Made by a program: the position numbers and the translations under genes. Shown piece by piece: positions 51,142 through 64,000 of a stretch of 64,000 nt of DNA. The first letter of the stretch is position 1. Each line of letters opens with the position of its first letter. Source of the DNA: Lytechinus pictus (Eukaryota). Below the pieces are notes generated by a model. That model worked only from the letters and a program-made list of their open reading frames with translations. It was not told where the DNA came from and did not search any database. The DNA is taken from contig NC_087252.1 in NCBI RefSeq assembly GCF_037042905.1, positions 7,504,001 through 7,568,000 of the forward strand, in the 5' to 3' direction.

Positions 51142-52445
51142 TTAAGTATGTATTTCTTCTGGTATGCTATCATCCCCCTGCAGCCTGTGTTTGGCCATAT
51201 GATGATTGTAATGATGATTTAAAGCAAAGGATTTCCCACAGACCTCACAAGTAAACGGTCTTTCCTTGATATGCATTGCTTGCATATGAGCCGTCAGTGA
51301 AAACCTTGCTGTGAAGCCTTTACCACATTCCAGGCATACAAACTGCCTGATCCCTTTGTGTCGTCGCTCATGAACCTTCAGATTGCATTTCTCGGCGAAC
51401 CCCTTGTTGCAGATGGAGCACATGAAGCGCTTCGGCCGTTCCTGGTGCATGCGCTGCTTGTGCTTCAAAGTCAACTTTCGAGTTCTGAACCCTCGGCCAC
51501 AGATTTCACACTTGAACGGCTTCAGTCCTGTATGCTCTCCTTGATGATTTTTCAGGGCACTTTCGGAAGCAAAGCTTCGCGGACAGAGCGTGCAGCGGTG
51601 CATGTGCATGTAGTTATGGACAACAAGGTGTTCTTTCAGACGGCTCTCACTGGCGCAAATCTTTGGACAATGGCTGCACTTAAAGGTGCCTTCCCCCGTG
51701 TGGACTTCTTTCTCGTGCTGTTCAACCGTTGTCCAAGAAGTGTATCTCTTTGGACAGAAGCGACACTTGTAAGGTCGCTGGTAGTAATCGGACGGTCTAC
51801 CAAGCATATCCTGTGGCTCGTCGGTTGCGGGTTCAGGTTCCCGGAACTGTTGTCTGGAGCCGTGGATCTTCCGCTCATGGTTAGCGAGGGCGCCGCGTGA
51901 TTTGTATCCTTGGCCACAGTATTGGCAGTGGAGTGGTTTCTTTGGTCCTTTTTTAGGTTTTGATTTCTTTTGTCGATTCCTGGGTTTGTAATCGTTTAGA
52001 AAGCCATGGGCTTCCCTTTCGTGCCTGTTAAGGGAGCTCTGTGCAGTGTACCTTTGGCTACATTCACTGCACTCATAAGGCTTATCCCCATTCATCATCT
52101 CATGAAACAACTCATGTTCTTTCAACCTTCCTAAAGATGGGAAAGCCTTGCCACATGTATCGCACTTAAACTTTGACTCTTCCTCCTCTTCGTTAACCTC
52201 CCTTTTCTTTGGCACTTTGTGGTTGAAGTTCATTTTAGCAGCCATATTAGTTTTAACTGCCACATTTGCTTTAACGGCCATGGGAATTTTCTCTTTTCCT
52301 TTCTTCTTTCCTTTCCGTTTCCATGAAAGCACAGGGATCATCTCACATGGTTCACTGTTGCTGTGTTCACACCTGATATGCCTCAGGATTAGTTTGGGAG
52401 ATGTGAACATACCCTCACAGTGACTGCACTGGAACTTCTGAGCAT
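51142..52445 (-). CDS. PRDM-family gene B, coding exon 5: 11 C2H2 zinc fingers and stop
   Basis: Acceptor tttcag; DAQKFQCSHC...; 11 fingers; paralogous to 36765-38071. Confidence 0.95.
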
Positions 52446-52924
52446 CTGAAACAATACAAAAATAAAACCAATAATATTGATTAGCCATCCTCTGGCAACA
52501 TCTGCATAAAAGCAATTCCATGTGAGCTTCACATATATGTAATTCCCTACCAAATATGCACTTGCATGATTAACGATGTTATTGTAGTAATCATGGTGTT
52601 GGCCAGAAAATGCAGTCATTTTCAGAGAATAAAAATGTTAAAGCTTACCAACACTCAATATGAATTTGCAAGTTCTCAGGTCTGACAACTTTCCTTAAAT
52701 ATGAGTGGCTGAGAGGCACTGTTACCATAATAACTGAAAGATAAAATAGAACTTGTCAGATAAAACGTCTGACAAATCTTAACATTTTATGTTTCCCATC
52801 ATTGAAGCACAGTTAGACCATGGTCTAACATTGAACAGGACTGAAGGATACAGGATAAGGATTAGACTTTCATAAAATTACAAACTGAAAGCATTAAAGA
52901 ACCAAACCCAAATGTACAGCTTAC

Positions 52925-53168
52925 CTTTATTGAATTTCAGGTCCTTCAGTCTTGTCTCTATCCCGACATGTTTTGCATATTCTTCGCTGTAGAATACTCG
53001 CAGTTCACATCCTGGTTCAATGACCTTTGTGCTCCTGAAGAAGATTTTACCGTAGCACTGGAAGGCCTCCATGTTTTGTTCCTCCTCGTTACGGGCGCAT
53101 TTTACTTTAGGCATCCACGTTTTCTGGCCATCGATATACAGGAATGAATTGAAATCTGAGAGACATAC
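52925..53168 (-). CDS. PRDM-family gene B, coding exon 4: PR/SET C-terminal half
   Basis: YIDGQKTWMPKVKCARNEEEQNMEAFQ..IFFRS..IEPGCELRVFYS; g|gtaagc donor. Confidence 0.92.
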
Positions 53169-53656
53169 CTGAAGAGCAAATAGAATAGTCAGGGCATTAT
53201 ACTACAAGAAATATTGGGGCATTCCTCTCTTGAATGAGTAAAGATTACCCCTCAAAAATTGCAAATTTCTAAGAAAATTTGTCATGAACACAATCTTCTT
53301 ATATGTGTAGAGGATTTTTTTCCCCTACTGATTTGATACCATCTTTCAGTGTTATATGTTTGAGCTTAGTTAATCAGGAAGAATTCTTTGCCTTGATGTA
53401 AAATTAGATTTGTGCAAAAGGTACGACTGCAATTAATAAATCAACCGAACAAGAACCCATTATCCTAAAAAAGTTGCAGTTTAATTCATTGCAAAATGCA
53501 AAATCCCTTTTCAATAAGATTATCAGTATTGATACAAAAATGGTTTTAAAAAACACATGCTAATGTAATTAGAATGTTGTTTTGCCATTTCCATAAGAAA
53601 GCAAAAACTCATATTCTTTCAATTCTTTGAAATTTAATCATGACTCTCTCTCTTAC

Positions 53657-54099
53657 CTCCCAGGTGGTATCCCATGACCATCCCTCCTCCTCATTCAAGA
53701 GCGTTCCTGCGTACGGTCCAAACTCCACCCCCTTCATGATCACCTCCTTGGCAAGGACGCCCTCAACCTTACATTCCGCAGAGGTTTTAAAGGCAAGATT
53801 CTGCGGAAGCTCCAACACGGGCTTGGTCTTCTTGAGGTTGAGGGCGGCAAACAGCTGCGACCCCACTCTCGAGGCATTTGGAGTCGGATTAGTGGTGCCC
53901 GCTGATGAAGGGTTAGGAGTTGTTTGATGGGAGGAGGAAGGGGTACAAGTGGCTTGATGGATAGATGGGGTAGAGCTTGATTGATGCATGGATGAGGAAG
54001 TAACACTGGTAAGATGGGAAGAGGGTGGAGGAAGGCATGGTTCTCGCTGCTTGATCGCTTGTATCTGCTTTGCTGAAGTTGTTATGGTAGATGGTTGAC
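53657..54099 (-). CDS. PRDM-family gene B, coding exon 3: PR/SET N-terminal half
   Basis: LELPQNL..GVLAKEVIMKGVEFGPYAG..TWE|gtaaga. Confidence 0.9.
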
Positions 54100-54399
54100 C
54101 TAATCATAAAGAGGAAAATGTTTTAAAAATTAACAATGAGGACACATGTTAGGATCTTGTAAGTGCAAAACATGAATGGAACACTTCCTATCAAATCAAT
54201 GTATCTGGTTTAAGTGAAAAGAATCTCCCAAAATGATTAAAATTTGAACCCTACAAAACTTCCATTGGATGCTTTCAAAAGATCTTGCAGAGTTTGGTGT
54301 ATTACATGTATCTATTTAAAACCATATTTACACTACTATTCTCATATTTAAAAGTTAGTTCATTTCTATGAATGATTCTTTATAGAAAAAATACCATAA

Positions 54400-54612
54400 A
54401 ACATCATCATCATAATCAACATCATCATCGTCATCATCATCACCACCATCATCATCACGGCTGTCATCACCATCATCACCACCACCATCATCATCACCAC
54501 CACCATCATCATCATAATCATCAACGACAACATCAACATTATCACCACCCATCATTACTACCTCCATTATCATCATCATTAGTATCATAATAATCATCAT
54601 CATCACTATCGC
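54400..54612. repeat. (CAT)n/(CAC)n microsatellite in intron
   Basis: Degenerate trinucleotide run. Confidence 0.95.
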
Positions 54613-54653
54613 CACTTCAATTCCTCATAGGCTATATCGCATCTTTGGAGTAC

Positions 54654-54908
54654 CTTGCGGATGAGATGGATTGTTCTTCGTACTCTGATCAGGAGTTGTT
54701 AGAGTTTGAATATTCCTTTCAACAGATTCAGGAGTTGTGATTGGCAAGTTGTTTCTCTCTCTTACTATGTCATGAGTTGTGATAGGTGGGCCTGGTGGGG
54801 CATAGTTTGCGGCCAGAGTCGATTTGACCCCATGACCTCGTAAGTGGACCGGGAGCTGCTGACGAGCTTGATGAATAATTCCTGCATTAGAAATCCCAGG
54901 TGCTGAAT
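54654..54908 (-). CDS. PRDM-family gene B, coding exon 2
   Basis: Open frame DSAPGIS..LPVHLRGHGVKSTLAANY..HPQ between tttcag and g|gtactc; phase-compatible. Confidence 0.75.
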
Positions 54909-55206
54909 CTGAAAGAAATCAGGTTTTGAATTTTTGAAAAACATGTTAGTCCTCAAAAGTTATTAAGGAACTATGCAAAAAGCGTGTAAAAATATCACTA
55001 TGTTAGAAACAGCTTATCACAGAGAATAGCCGTTTTGGGAATTTATAGTATGCAGAACACCTAAAACTTTTACGTCCACTGATGCATTTAGTAGCTGCTT
55101 GATTAAAAAGAAATCAATTTAAAGGTAATTTCTTTCAAACTGTCAACATTAGTTCTTTTTTTCTTAATCATTTTCAAGGTTGAATTCCCCTAGACCCTGG
55201 TCTATG

Positions 55207-55696
55207 ACACCATTCTCACTACCCTCCTAAAACTAGTTTTACTGGAAACTAGTTTAGTGGAAACTAGTGTAACATGTAATGAGAACGGTCAAAGTGGTCT
55301 TGGAAGCAATCTTCCAAACCCTTCCAAACCAGTTTAGAAAACCACCTCGCGATGTAGTTTTGAAGATTGCTTTGCCTTGTTAAACTGGTTTTAGCGTAAG
55401 TGAGCACACAACCGTTCTTTGGAAAGTGATCTTTGCACATTTTGAGCACGCTACTCCACACACTGTGTGTGGAATGCTTATAAATGCTGTGGTTACAAAT
55501 TTCCCGCGAAACATGTCATCCCACTGAGAGTGTTCCCATAGCAACAAGACCGCTTTATGTGAAGTGGTTTTCAAAACCACTTCACATAAAGCGGTCTTGT
55601 GATCAAATGGGAACGCTAGCAAATCAATCTTCCAAACTGGTTTCCTGAACCGGTTTCCAGTAAACCAGTTTTAGAAAGTATAATGATAATGGTACC
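55207..55696. mobile_element. MITE with ~45-bp imperfect TIRs and aaactggttt subrepeats
   Basis: accattctcactaccctcctaaaactagttttactggaaac vs reverse complement of gtttccagtaaaccagttttagaaagtataatgataatggt. Confidence 0.6.
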
Positions 55697-55713
55697 CTAG
55701 ATGCCTAGCTTAC

Positions 55714-55963
55714 CATGATAAATTGAGCTGAGCATCGGAGCAGCGGGATGCGGTATAGTGAATGCTCTGAGAGGCTGATGATCGACAAATTCAGGCTGAT
55801 GCTGCGAAGAGGTGTGGTATGGTATCGGGATGTCCATGGGAAAGTGGGCAACATGTTGCTGCTGTGGTGGAGGTGGTGGTTGCTGTTGTTGCGAAGCATG
55901 ATGTCTGTTTTCTTGTTGGTCTCTGTCCGGAAGGTAAAAACCGGGCGGGTAGTTGCCCTCCAT
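55714..55963 (-). CDS. PRDM-family gene B, coding exon 1 (ATG; Q/P/H-rich)
   Basis: MEGNYPPGFY...HPAAPMLSSIYH|gtaagc; acceptor at 55977. Confidence 0.85.
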
Positions 55964-57338
55964 TGTTTGACGTGATCTGTGATACATGACGTATGGTGTA
56001 GCATACAACATAAGAGAACAAAAAAAGAAAATGACATGTTTTGTTACAAAAGTCAATTTGCTGAAATACATGTACTGAGACACTAAATGAGGCATGTCTA
56101 GCAGTACCCCATGGCTAAGAAAAAACTCTCCTCATCGCAGTGCCAGCAGGGACCAAACAACTGTTTGGATTACATATTTTTTCGCCCTGGGCACTCATTC
56201 TTGATTAAAGAAAATTAAATTCCCTACTCATTCTTGGTCACAAATCAGAAATCTGACTTTAATAGGAAAGTCATTATTTCTGAAAATTTCAACAATGAGT
56301 AAATGATTTCATGTTGACATTCTTATTCTCGAGTCTTGACTCTCGAGATCTAGATAAAGACATTATTTTTGTGAATTTGACGCCAGATGACATACATGTA
56401 GACATAGTGAGCACCAGAATCAAAGTTTGATTGTATGATTATTATTATTGATGGGGTGGAAACAAAGAGGAGTGAGAAATTAAAGTTCAGAATTAAAAGC
56501 TAATGTTGCAAATCTTATGAAAGAAAAATAAGAAAAATACATTATTTTTTAAAATAAAGTGAACATGAAAAAGGAGGGAAAATTTGAAAATCAAAATAGT
56601 ATATTGGTAAGATAAAATGTACAATATATATCATCATGTTAGCTCCAATTACCATTTTTTAAAACATTTTTGTTGTTGTTCACAACTTCACATGTGTAGT
56701 GTTTCAAAACAATGTAGGCTATAGTGAGATTCGGTAGGAAATCAAATTCAATCCAATTTGTAATCTTGAGTGAAAGATTTCAAGAATGACATGACATAGA
56801 GAAGGAAAATAAAGATAAAAACAACGATTGAAAATGAAGGATGTGAACAGGGATGAATCTAAATAGAGAAGGACTCAATAGTGGGGAAACATAGAGAAGA
56901 CTGCATATAAAGGTGGTTCCTGAACCACAAGTCTCACCTGATTTTATAGCAATCAATAAAATATGCAATATGATCTTTTGTCCCCTAGAAGACCTTTGAT
57001 TCCATCATCCTCATGAACACACATGTGGTATTACCAAAGGATCATTTGTACCAAGTGTTAACAGAATTGATGCAGAAATAAAGAAATGAGAGCAAGTTTA
57101 ACAAAAACTTGACCTTTTGACCCCTAGGCCTAGATGACCTTTGACCCCATCATCCTCAACAACACACATGTACATGTAGTATAACCCAAGGATCATATGA
57201 ACCAAGTATGAAGATAATTCATGCAGAAATATAGAAATGAGAGCAAAGTGAACAAAAATAAAATGTTTGTAAATGTCCAGACCAACAGACTAACAAAACA
57301 GCCTAAACAGACAGACTAACGAGAAAAGTGATCACTCG

Positions 57339-57639
57339 GGCCCATATTCTGAACTCGTGTTTAAAGTTGTAGTTTAACTACGTAAAGAGCCTATTGGGGG
57401 CACAAATCCCTAACAGTACATATATATATATTAACTCACATGACACCCAAATTGTTCATAATTGTCTGGGAATGATAATTGAAGTATTTTTCTTCATTAT
57501 GAAAGCAACAGGAAACAAAATAGTAAACGTAAGAGAAAAACAATATAAACAGAATCTTTACATTTTTGGCTCCCCATAATTTTAGCATAGAGTTTAATAG
57601 ACCGTGGTCTAAGTTAAACCTGACTTCAGAATACGGGCC
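57339..57639. mobile_element. MITE inserted near the end of a gacctttga-rich repeat (~56975-57670)
   Basis: TIR ggcccatattctgaa / ttcagaatacgggcc. Confidence 0.7.
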
Positions 57640-58514
57640 TAGGTCTCTGCCGAACTCCGTTCAGGCGAGAGAAAAAAGAGAGAAAATAGAGATACATGTA
57701 GACACATTTACAAGCTGATCATAAATTTGTAGTAGAATGAATGCACTGTAACTATGCACCAAATGAACAGAAAGGGAACAGCTTAAATGTAGAATATAAA
57801 AGGTTACACCAAAGTGTATAACAGAGGAATAACAAAGATATGGGGGGAAAGAGAGATGGGTAAACTGTGACACTAACACAATATAAATTGTTAAAGTATG
57901 GTATAAATTTATTTTAAAAATCTGATGTGCAAGAAACAATACATGTGTAAGAATCAATGGAGAGAAAAAAATAGTTGAAGGCACAAGGAGATTTCCTAAT
58001 GACATCCAGATTCTACTTCTACTTTTTTCTCTTCACTTTGGCTTTTTTCCCGTTTTCCAAATTCCATTTTTTTCTTGACTTGATCCAGTTGGTTGCAGCT
58101 CAGCTTGGTACATTACTTCCCTTCAAGTTGAATTTCATCAACAAGACAATCATAGCCATACACAAAAAGGGGAAGAGGTGGCTGCCCCCCCCCCCAAAAA
58201 AAAAAAATGTAAACACACTTTTTTAACTGGAAATTTTCATAAAATTCACCAAAAGTGTGGATGAAATGCTCTCTTGAAGTTCAATTTTACTTTAGAAAAT
58301 GCAAAATAGTCCAATCCAATGACAGACTCGGATCAGTCACTTCACTAGTACAATGCCCGATTTCGAGTTTCTTCAAAAAGTATCTTTATTATACCCAAGT
58401 TAGATCTCCATGTACATCTAGAATTTCGGAAAGACTTCCATAGTCCCCTCCACAAATAAAAAAAAAATTCTCCCAAACCCCCTTCTTTCAATCTCTTTTT
58501 CTTCTTACTTCCAG

Positions 58515-58590
58515 TTGGAACTTGGATTCGAACCTCTCACTGCAGAACGAGGCATCTCCAGTCTGTCGCCTTACTCACTGAGCTAGCAGG
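58515..58590 (-). pseudogene. tRNA-derived relic / SINE head
   Basis: Minus strand: tagctcagtgag A-box and ggttcgaatcc B-box. Confidence 0.5.
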
Positions 58591-58886
58591 AATTGTTGAA
58601 AGCCATGAGTTTCATAATGGTTATCTTCTTCTGTCTTGTGTTGAGTTGGCAACCAGTCAGAAAATGACTATTTTTGCCACTGCTTTGATTTGGAGCCTTC
58701 TTTGTGAGGATGGAAACTTCCTTCCCTTCATCCTTTTTTTTCTGTTTTACTTTCTTTTTTTTTCCTTCTCAATTTTTTTTCATTTTTTTTCCACCTCTTT
58801 TCTTTTTTCTATTTTTTCTGTTTTCTTTTCTCTCAACCGATATTACAACTAGTCTACTCTCCAAGAGTATTGGGTATATATTTTCC

Positions 58887-60590
58887 CACTGGCGTAAATC
58901 CGTGTTGATGGGTGGGGGGGATGACTGAAATATTTTGGCATTTTTTTGCAATCCTGTTTTTAGATATGCAAGGAATTGTCATTGATATGTCCACAGTCCA
59001 CAGTGGCGTACCGTGGGTCACGGCATTGGGGAGGGGGGCACCAGCGAAATGTTTGAATCACTGAGTGATCGAGCGCGCTCAGTTGCCAGTTATACTGACC
59101 TACTAGGGACATTTTCTGGACAATGTCATTAAACGGATATGCATCTCACTGATCAAATAATGCGAGCGCAAAGCGCGAGCCGAATTTTTGTTATATTCAC
59201 ACCTAAAAAGATACATTATAATCAAATTTGTGTAATCATGACAGGTACCTGTCTCGCTAAACAATACGAGCGCGAAGCGCGAGCTGAAGTTTTCGTATAT
59301 TTTGACCCCAAACAGCGAGATTTTGAGGAATATATTTTAGGAATCCATTAAGAGTATGCATATCTCACCATAGTCATCTAATGCGAGTGCCAAGCGCTTG
59401 CTGGTTTATAAGAATTACATCTGAACACATGAAACAATTTTTGTAGTCATTGCAATCATGATTTTCATACGCATCTCACTAATCAAATATTGCGAGCGCG
59501 AAGCGCGAGCTGAAAACTTAGATAATTCAGACCTGAAGTGGGGCATTCTAAGGTTTCTTTGTAAGAATTAACTAGGACCATACGTATTTCAATATCCAAA
59601 TGATGCGAGCGCGAAGTGCGAGCTGAAAATTTTTGATATTCAAATCAGAAGAAGGGACATTTTAAGGACTGATTTTAGGAATTCATGAAGAGCAGACATA
59701 TCTCACCAATCCACTAATGCGAACGTAATCACGGACAGGAAATGTTTCATATATACGAAGACCTTAACATGGGGCAATCACTTTTTGAGTCATGAAAAAG
59801 AAGCATATGTCACTACATAAAACAATGATAACTCAAGTGCTAGGAAATATATTTGGTTTATATTGACTTGAAAACGGGATGTTTCAGTACAACAGGATTA
59901 TATATCTCGTTAACAGACAATGCAAGCACCAGGAACAATGAATACGTAGGCCCTGGGCAAATTATGTTTCATGAAGTTATGATAAAAATGTTTCTTATGT
60001 AATGCAACATAACATAATTACAATATAACATTATAATGAATAATATTTTCTTCTTTCCCACTATACGCTTTTCTTCCTTTCTCCCTCTTTTCTCCTTTCC
60101 CCCCTTTTTTTTTTGGTCAGCCGATGGGGGGGGGGGGGGGGGCCCGTAGTTACGCCACTGTATGTCCATATGGCAAATATATACCCCTCTAATATTATTA
60201 TCTTTTTTACCCCATGATGGTTTAATGGTTTAATTAGAGATTACATTAAAAAAGAATTGACATTCCAACTTAATCCCTTCCCAAAGACCCCAACATTGAT
60301 GAATTAGAAGAAACGGGAGTTTCTCTTCAATGTTATAATAAGGACATAAGTATTTCGTTTGGAAATGGTGAACTGGCTCTTTATTTGCATTTTATGATTC
60401 AATTATATTGTTTTATTTGTTAAGCGGTATTTCAGGAAGAATCTTTACCAATAAAACAATTATCTCTTGTGATTTTTTTTCATTTCTTTCGTAAAAAGTG
60501 GGGGGGGGGATGTTTGTACAGGCCATCCCCCCCTCCTCGAAAAGTGGGGGGGATATATCCCCCCCATCCCCCCCGGGATTTACGCCAGTG
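58887..60590. mobile_element. Non-autonomous hAT element (outer)
   Basis: TIR cactggcgtaaatcc / ggatttacgccagtg; 8-bp TSD tattttcc. Confidence 0.88.
59001..60160. mobile_element. Non-autonomous hAT element nested in the outer one
   Basis: TIR cagtggcgta / tacgccactg; TSD tatgtcca at 58986-58993 and 60161-60168; internal gcgagcgcgaagcgcgagc repeats. Confidence 0.85.
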
Positions 60591-62035
60591 TATTTTCCTG
60601 ATTAAATAAACCGATGCCATTTGGAGTTACACATACTCGAGATTTTGACAGAATAAAGCCATGTTTTGGTATGTAGGCCTATTCAACTTTTCCTTCCTAA
60701 ATCTCTTAATTCTTGATAAACATTCATTTTAGTTCATTATTTTTCTACAAAATTGAACACAAACTTTTTTAGTTAACAATAAAACACTTGTCACTTTCAC
60801 TTTCAGTTTCACTTTTGCTCAGACTGTCTCAATTTTAATCTCATTTACGTCTTGTCTATTTTCCAACCGCTGACCCGGCCTACCCTAGGGCCTAGGCCTA
60901 GCCTGGCTAGGCCCCAGCCCCCCCCCCCCCCCCCCCTTTCCCGGAAAAATTCTTGAGTTTCGGCAATTTGCATGATTCAGGGATGACCCCACACATATTT
61001 ACTGCCCACCATCTGATCATGCAGGCTCGGCTTACCACTCCCAATTCCAAAACGAGGCCGTGGCCTATCAGTGAATCACTGCATTGTGTGTGCCAAGACA
61101 GTGCAGTAGATGACGGTGCCAGTGCTGCTAGCCCATTCACACTACACACAACGAACTGTGTTGTAGCAGGATTGCGCATGTACCCGTGTATTGTGTACGT
61201 GTGTGAAGGGCGAATTACGTGCAATCGCAATGCATTTAGCAGGGATGCCTGGATAGTAAAAATGAAAATTTTAGCAATAACAACATCAGAAAATGCATTA
61301 AAACTCAAATGAAATATAAATGCATACCAGTAGTAAAGTCTTCGTTCTTATGCAAAGTTATTTTGTGACAAATCCCACTGAAAATCCTCTCGAAAGAAAG
61401 AGATATTTGACGTTCGTTTTTGTGACAAATTTCCTCAAAAATACTTTTCGTCGAATTGGCCCCGACATAATCGCTTGCGTTTGGTGGTGTCTTTCATGTG
61501 TAAAATGGAAATGAATAACGCTTGCTGAGAGCGGGGACATGAGAGGGGCCTAGCCTGCTGGGAGTATTATTCTAGTGAAAACGTTCTTATCGCCGTTCTT
61601 CATGTCTTATCTTTTCTCATTGAGATTGGAAGAGTTAAATCATTGCAAATTGGTATTCTAAAAATCTTCTGTAAGACTACCCCTTTCTCGTCTTTAACAC
61701 GTCCCGAAACACGTCCGTTTTTCATTTTTAGACTGCTATTACCAATCAAAATACGTTTTATTTTCCAGGATATGAAGAGAGAGAAAAGTTTAATATATAT
61801 CCGCTTTTCATATTCATGTTTACAGATATTAGTCAATGGAATCATATATCACGTTTTGGTTTCTTCTTATTTTTTATTATCATTCACTTTTTTTAAGTCT
61901 TGCTGTTTACCATACACCAAGTTTTTATGTAAAATGTATAATCAGCCCTGTGCATGGGAATCGGAATTGTCGGATGCACGTCCGAGCGGTCCGACAACTT
62001 GTTTCATCCGAGTACAGGGCCATATGGGTTAACAG

Positions 62036-62250
62036 CATAGGCGGCGGAAGCGGGGGGGGGGGGACGTGTCTTAGGTGGGGGACGGTCCCCCCTAAATCTT
62101 TTGTTGATAACCTTTTTTTTTTTTTTTTTGCTTGTCAATTTTTTTTCCTGCGTCCCCCCTAAAATTTTAGGTTGATAACCTTTTTTTTTTTTTTGCTTGT
62201 CAACAAAATTTTGTGGTCCCCCCTAAAAATTTTCGCTTCCGCCGCCAATG
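62036..62250. mobile_element. hAT-type MITE
   Basis: TIR cataggcggcggaagcg / cgcttccgccgccaatg; 8-bp TSD gttaacag. Confidence 0.88.
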
Positions 62251-62611
62251 GTTAACAGTGCTTCTCAGCCAATCAGAATCAAGGAAAGTTATCATATCTG
62301 ACAACATATCGGACAATTAAATTTAATGTTGATGCATGAAACCGTCACGCTCCCGTGGTAATTGGCCTCGCCAGACGTTCCCGCTCTAAAAAAGGCATAC
62401 TGGGGCTGGGGATCAAGAATGGGGAGATATGGCACTTTTTAATCATCGGGAAAGAATCCTTGTAACTTTTAATTTTTGTCAAACTAGGTTAAAATCACGA
62501 AAATCTAGATACTTATTTGGTGATACCCTAGCTATATCATTATGCTTTGTCGTGTAGATCATTTTTGAAAAGGTTCATGGCCTACACCCCAGAGTTAATG
62601 GTATTACTTAA

Positions 62612-63203
62612 AGAACAAGTCCACCGGCCCAACAAAAAGTTGATTTTAATAAAAAGAGAAAAATCCAACAAGCATAACACAAAAAATTTCATCAAAATCG
62701 GATCTAAATAAGAAAGTTATGACATTTTAAAGTTCCGCTTTAATTTAATTTACAAAACAGTTATATGCACATGCTGGTCGGTATGCAAATGAGGAGAATG
62801 ATAACGTCATCCACTCACTATTTCTTATGATATATGAAATATTCTAATTTTCTCCACATTGTCAAGTAAAAAAAACATTAATTCCTTCCTGAAAATATGG
62901 AATTAGCATTGTTTAATATACTATATGGTTCAGTCAAGTTGGCCCTAATTCTTGTCAAATCTGAAAAAAATGAAATATTGTATAATTCAAACAATAAAAA
63001 AAACAAAAGAAAGTGAGGGACATCATCGATTGTCTCATTTGCATGTCACTGCTATGCACATATCACTGTTTTGTGAAAAATTAGCGAAACTTTAAAATGT
63101 CATAACTTTCTTATTTTACATCAGAGTTTGATGAAATTTTCAGCGTTATGCTATAGTTTGGTTTATTTATTCAAATCATTTTTTTCTGGGGTGGACTTGA
63201 CCT
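62612..63203. mobile_element. Kolobok-type non-autonomous element
   Basis: TTAA flanks; caagtccacc / ggtggacttg TIR core; homologous to 48652-49247. Confidence 0.78.
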
Positions 63204-64000
63204 TTAAACGTACTGTGAAGACATGGGACAGCATGGGAAGAAATGTGTCACATCTCCCCTATTTATTTGTATCTCCTAAAAAAGAAGAAGTAGAGGTGTG
63301 TAATAAGGCCCTACCCCTGGATGGTTGGATACCCTATCCTGTTGTTCTTTCCTACCTCTCTCTCTCAGTCCCGGTCTCAGTCCATTCACCTCCATCTCCT
63401 ATACCGGCACCCTATATCTCCTTCTCGATCTCCTACCCCCTCGTGTCATTTTCATCCCCTTTCTCTAGTCTCTTTAGGACTGACTTTAATACTTTACATT
63501 TTCATCGGGGGCGGGAGTTTATAGGGGCGAGACGCATGAAGTCTTTTTTATCCATTGAATGATAGTTTACACCACTCAGAGCTATTTTTATACTCTTAAT
63601 AATTTCTTCTCTTTTTCTCATAGGGAGGCAAAGGCAGATGTTGCCTCGGGGTTCCGTTTCATAAAGACTTGTTATATTAACATACAAATGTACCATTTCT
63701 ATATTAACAAGTTTACTACTAGTATGAGCGAATCAAACTGATAAATTTCAGTAAACTGTTATTGGAAATTTTTAACTGCAAAAAGCGCTTTCTCCCACCC
63801 CTACCACTCCCCTCTCTTTGCTTCCCTTTTTATTTATACCCCAATGCCCCTCCCCCCTCTTTCTTTATTCGTCATATCTCCTGTGGTCCATTTTTATATA
63901 TATCTTGGTCCTTTTCTCTTATGTCTCTCTCTCTCTCTCTCTCTCCCCCAACCCTCTGTCTGTCTTCCACCCCCCTCTCTCTCTCTCTCTATAACCTCCC

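Noticed and set aside
54355..54615. Poly-His / poly-Asp / poly-Met ORFs
   Set aside because: Intronic (CAT)n microsatellite
36765..55963. Calling these genes PRDM9
   Set aside because: No KRAB/SSXRD seen, fingers are heterogeneous rather than minisatellite-like, and catalytic motifs are altered
60907..61312. Overlapping 133- and 119-aa ORFs
   Set aside because: No motifs; more likely promoter-proximal or repeat sequence

Overview
AT-rich animal genomic DNA. The repeat families and PRDM expansion suggest an echinoderm such as a sea urchin; this is inference only. The right half holds two tandem, minus-strand, 5-coding-exon PR/SET + C2H2 zinc-finger (PRDM-family) paralogues at 36765-41662 and 51142-55963, among MITEs and SINEs. 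The left ~36 kb is a nested mobile-element graveyard. It contains an L2/CR1-type LINE, two divergent intronless TatD (TATDN2-like) nuclease relics, Academ-like and hAT transposase relics, and two copies of a KolX/P2X7-ballast-like exon. It also holds a 5.6-kb, 181-bp satellite that arose by amplifying part of a small zinc-motif ORF. The best candidate for an undescribed system is a 2.2-kb unit at 28152-30377. It has ~100-bp TG...CA direct repeats and a poly-G tract before the 3' repeat. It encodes an unknown domain fused to TatD, with no recognisable gag/pol. All alignments and translations were done by eye; no database searches were run.
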